Made by a program: the position numbers and the translations under genes | In this document: one piece after another, positions 63,971-64,000 of the stretch | Position numbering within the stretch: the stretch's first letter is position 1 | Layout: the number at the start of each line of letters is the position of its first letter | The notes under the pieces: model-generated | Told to the model about the DNA's origin: nothing | Database searches by the model: none | What the model saw: the letters and a program-made list of their open reading frames with translations, nothing else | Assembly (NCBI RefSeq): GCF_030684315.1 | Contig: NC_081381.1 | Coordinates: forward strand, 29,871,514-29,935,513 | DNA length: 64,000 bases | Origin: Stegostoma tigrinum | Lineage: Eukaryota | Direction: 5' to 3'

Positions 63971-64000
63971 CTGGTGAGAATGCCTTGGAATTAAGGGTGA

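Noticed and set aside
58911-64000. TMEM88B exon 2
   Set aside because: No convincing second-exon translation found; probably beyond the window.

Overview
Vertebrate genomic DNA, most likely a shark (cartilaginous fish); this is inferred from HE1/V-SINE-like and Deu-SINE repeats and abundant CR1 LINEs. It is not prokaryotic: no CRISPR or operons. Three genes lie in the conserved MRPL20-ANKRD65-TMEM88B block. MRPL20 is complete (minus, 4 exons, 149 aa). ANKRD65 has 3 coding exons (minus, about 385 aa). TMEM88B coding exon 1 is on the plus strand. A CpG-rich first exon/promoter of an unidentified minus-strand gene sits near 2.9 kb. Much of the rest is nested retroelements: CR1 (including one near full-length copy with an esterase ORF1), L2-like LINEs, SINEs and a decayed tRNA-Ser. 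The most striking signal is a Penelope-like element (PLE) system. Neptune-like and Poseidon-like GIY-YIG elements occur as inverted fold-back insertions with 12-15 bp TSDs and carry minimal dimer-type hammerhead ribozyme motifs. About ten short palindromic mini-elements are built from the ribozyme-bearing PLE 3' end. Family names come from recall, not database searches, and repeat boundaries are approximate.
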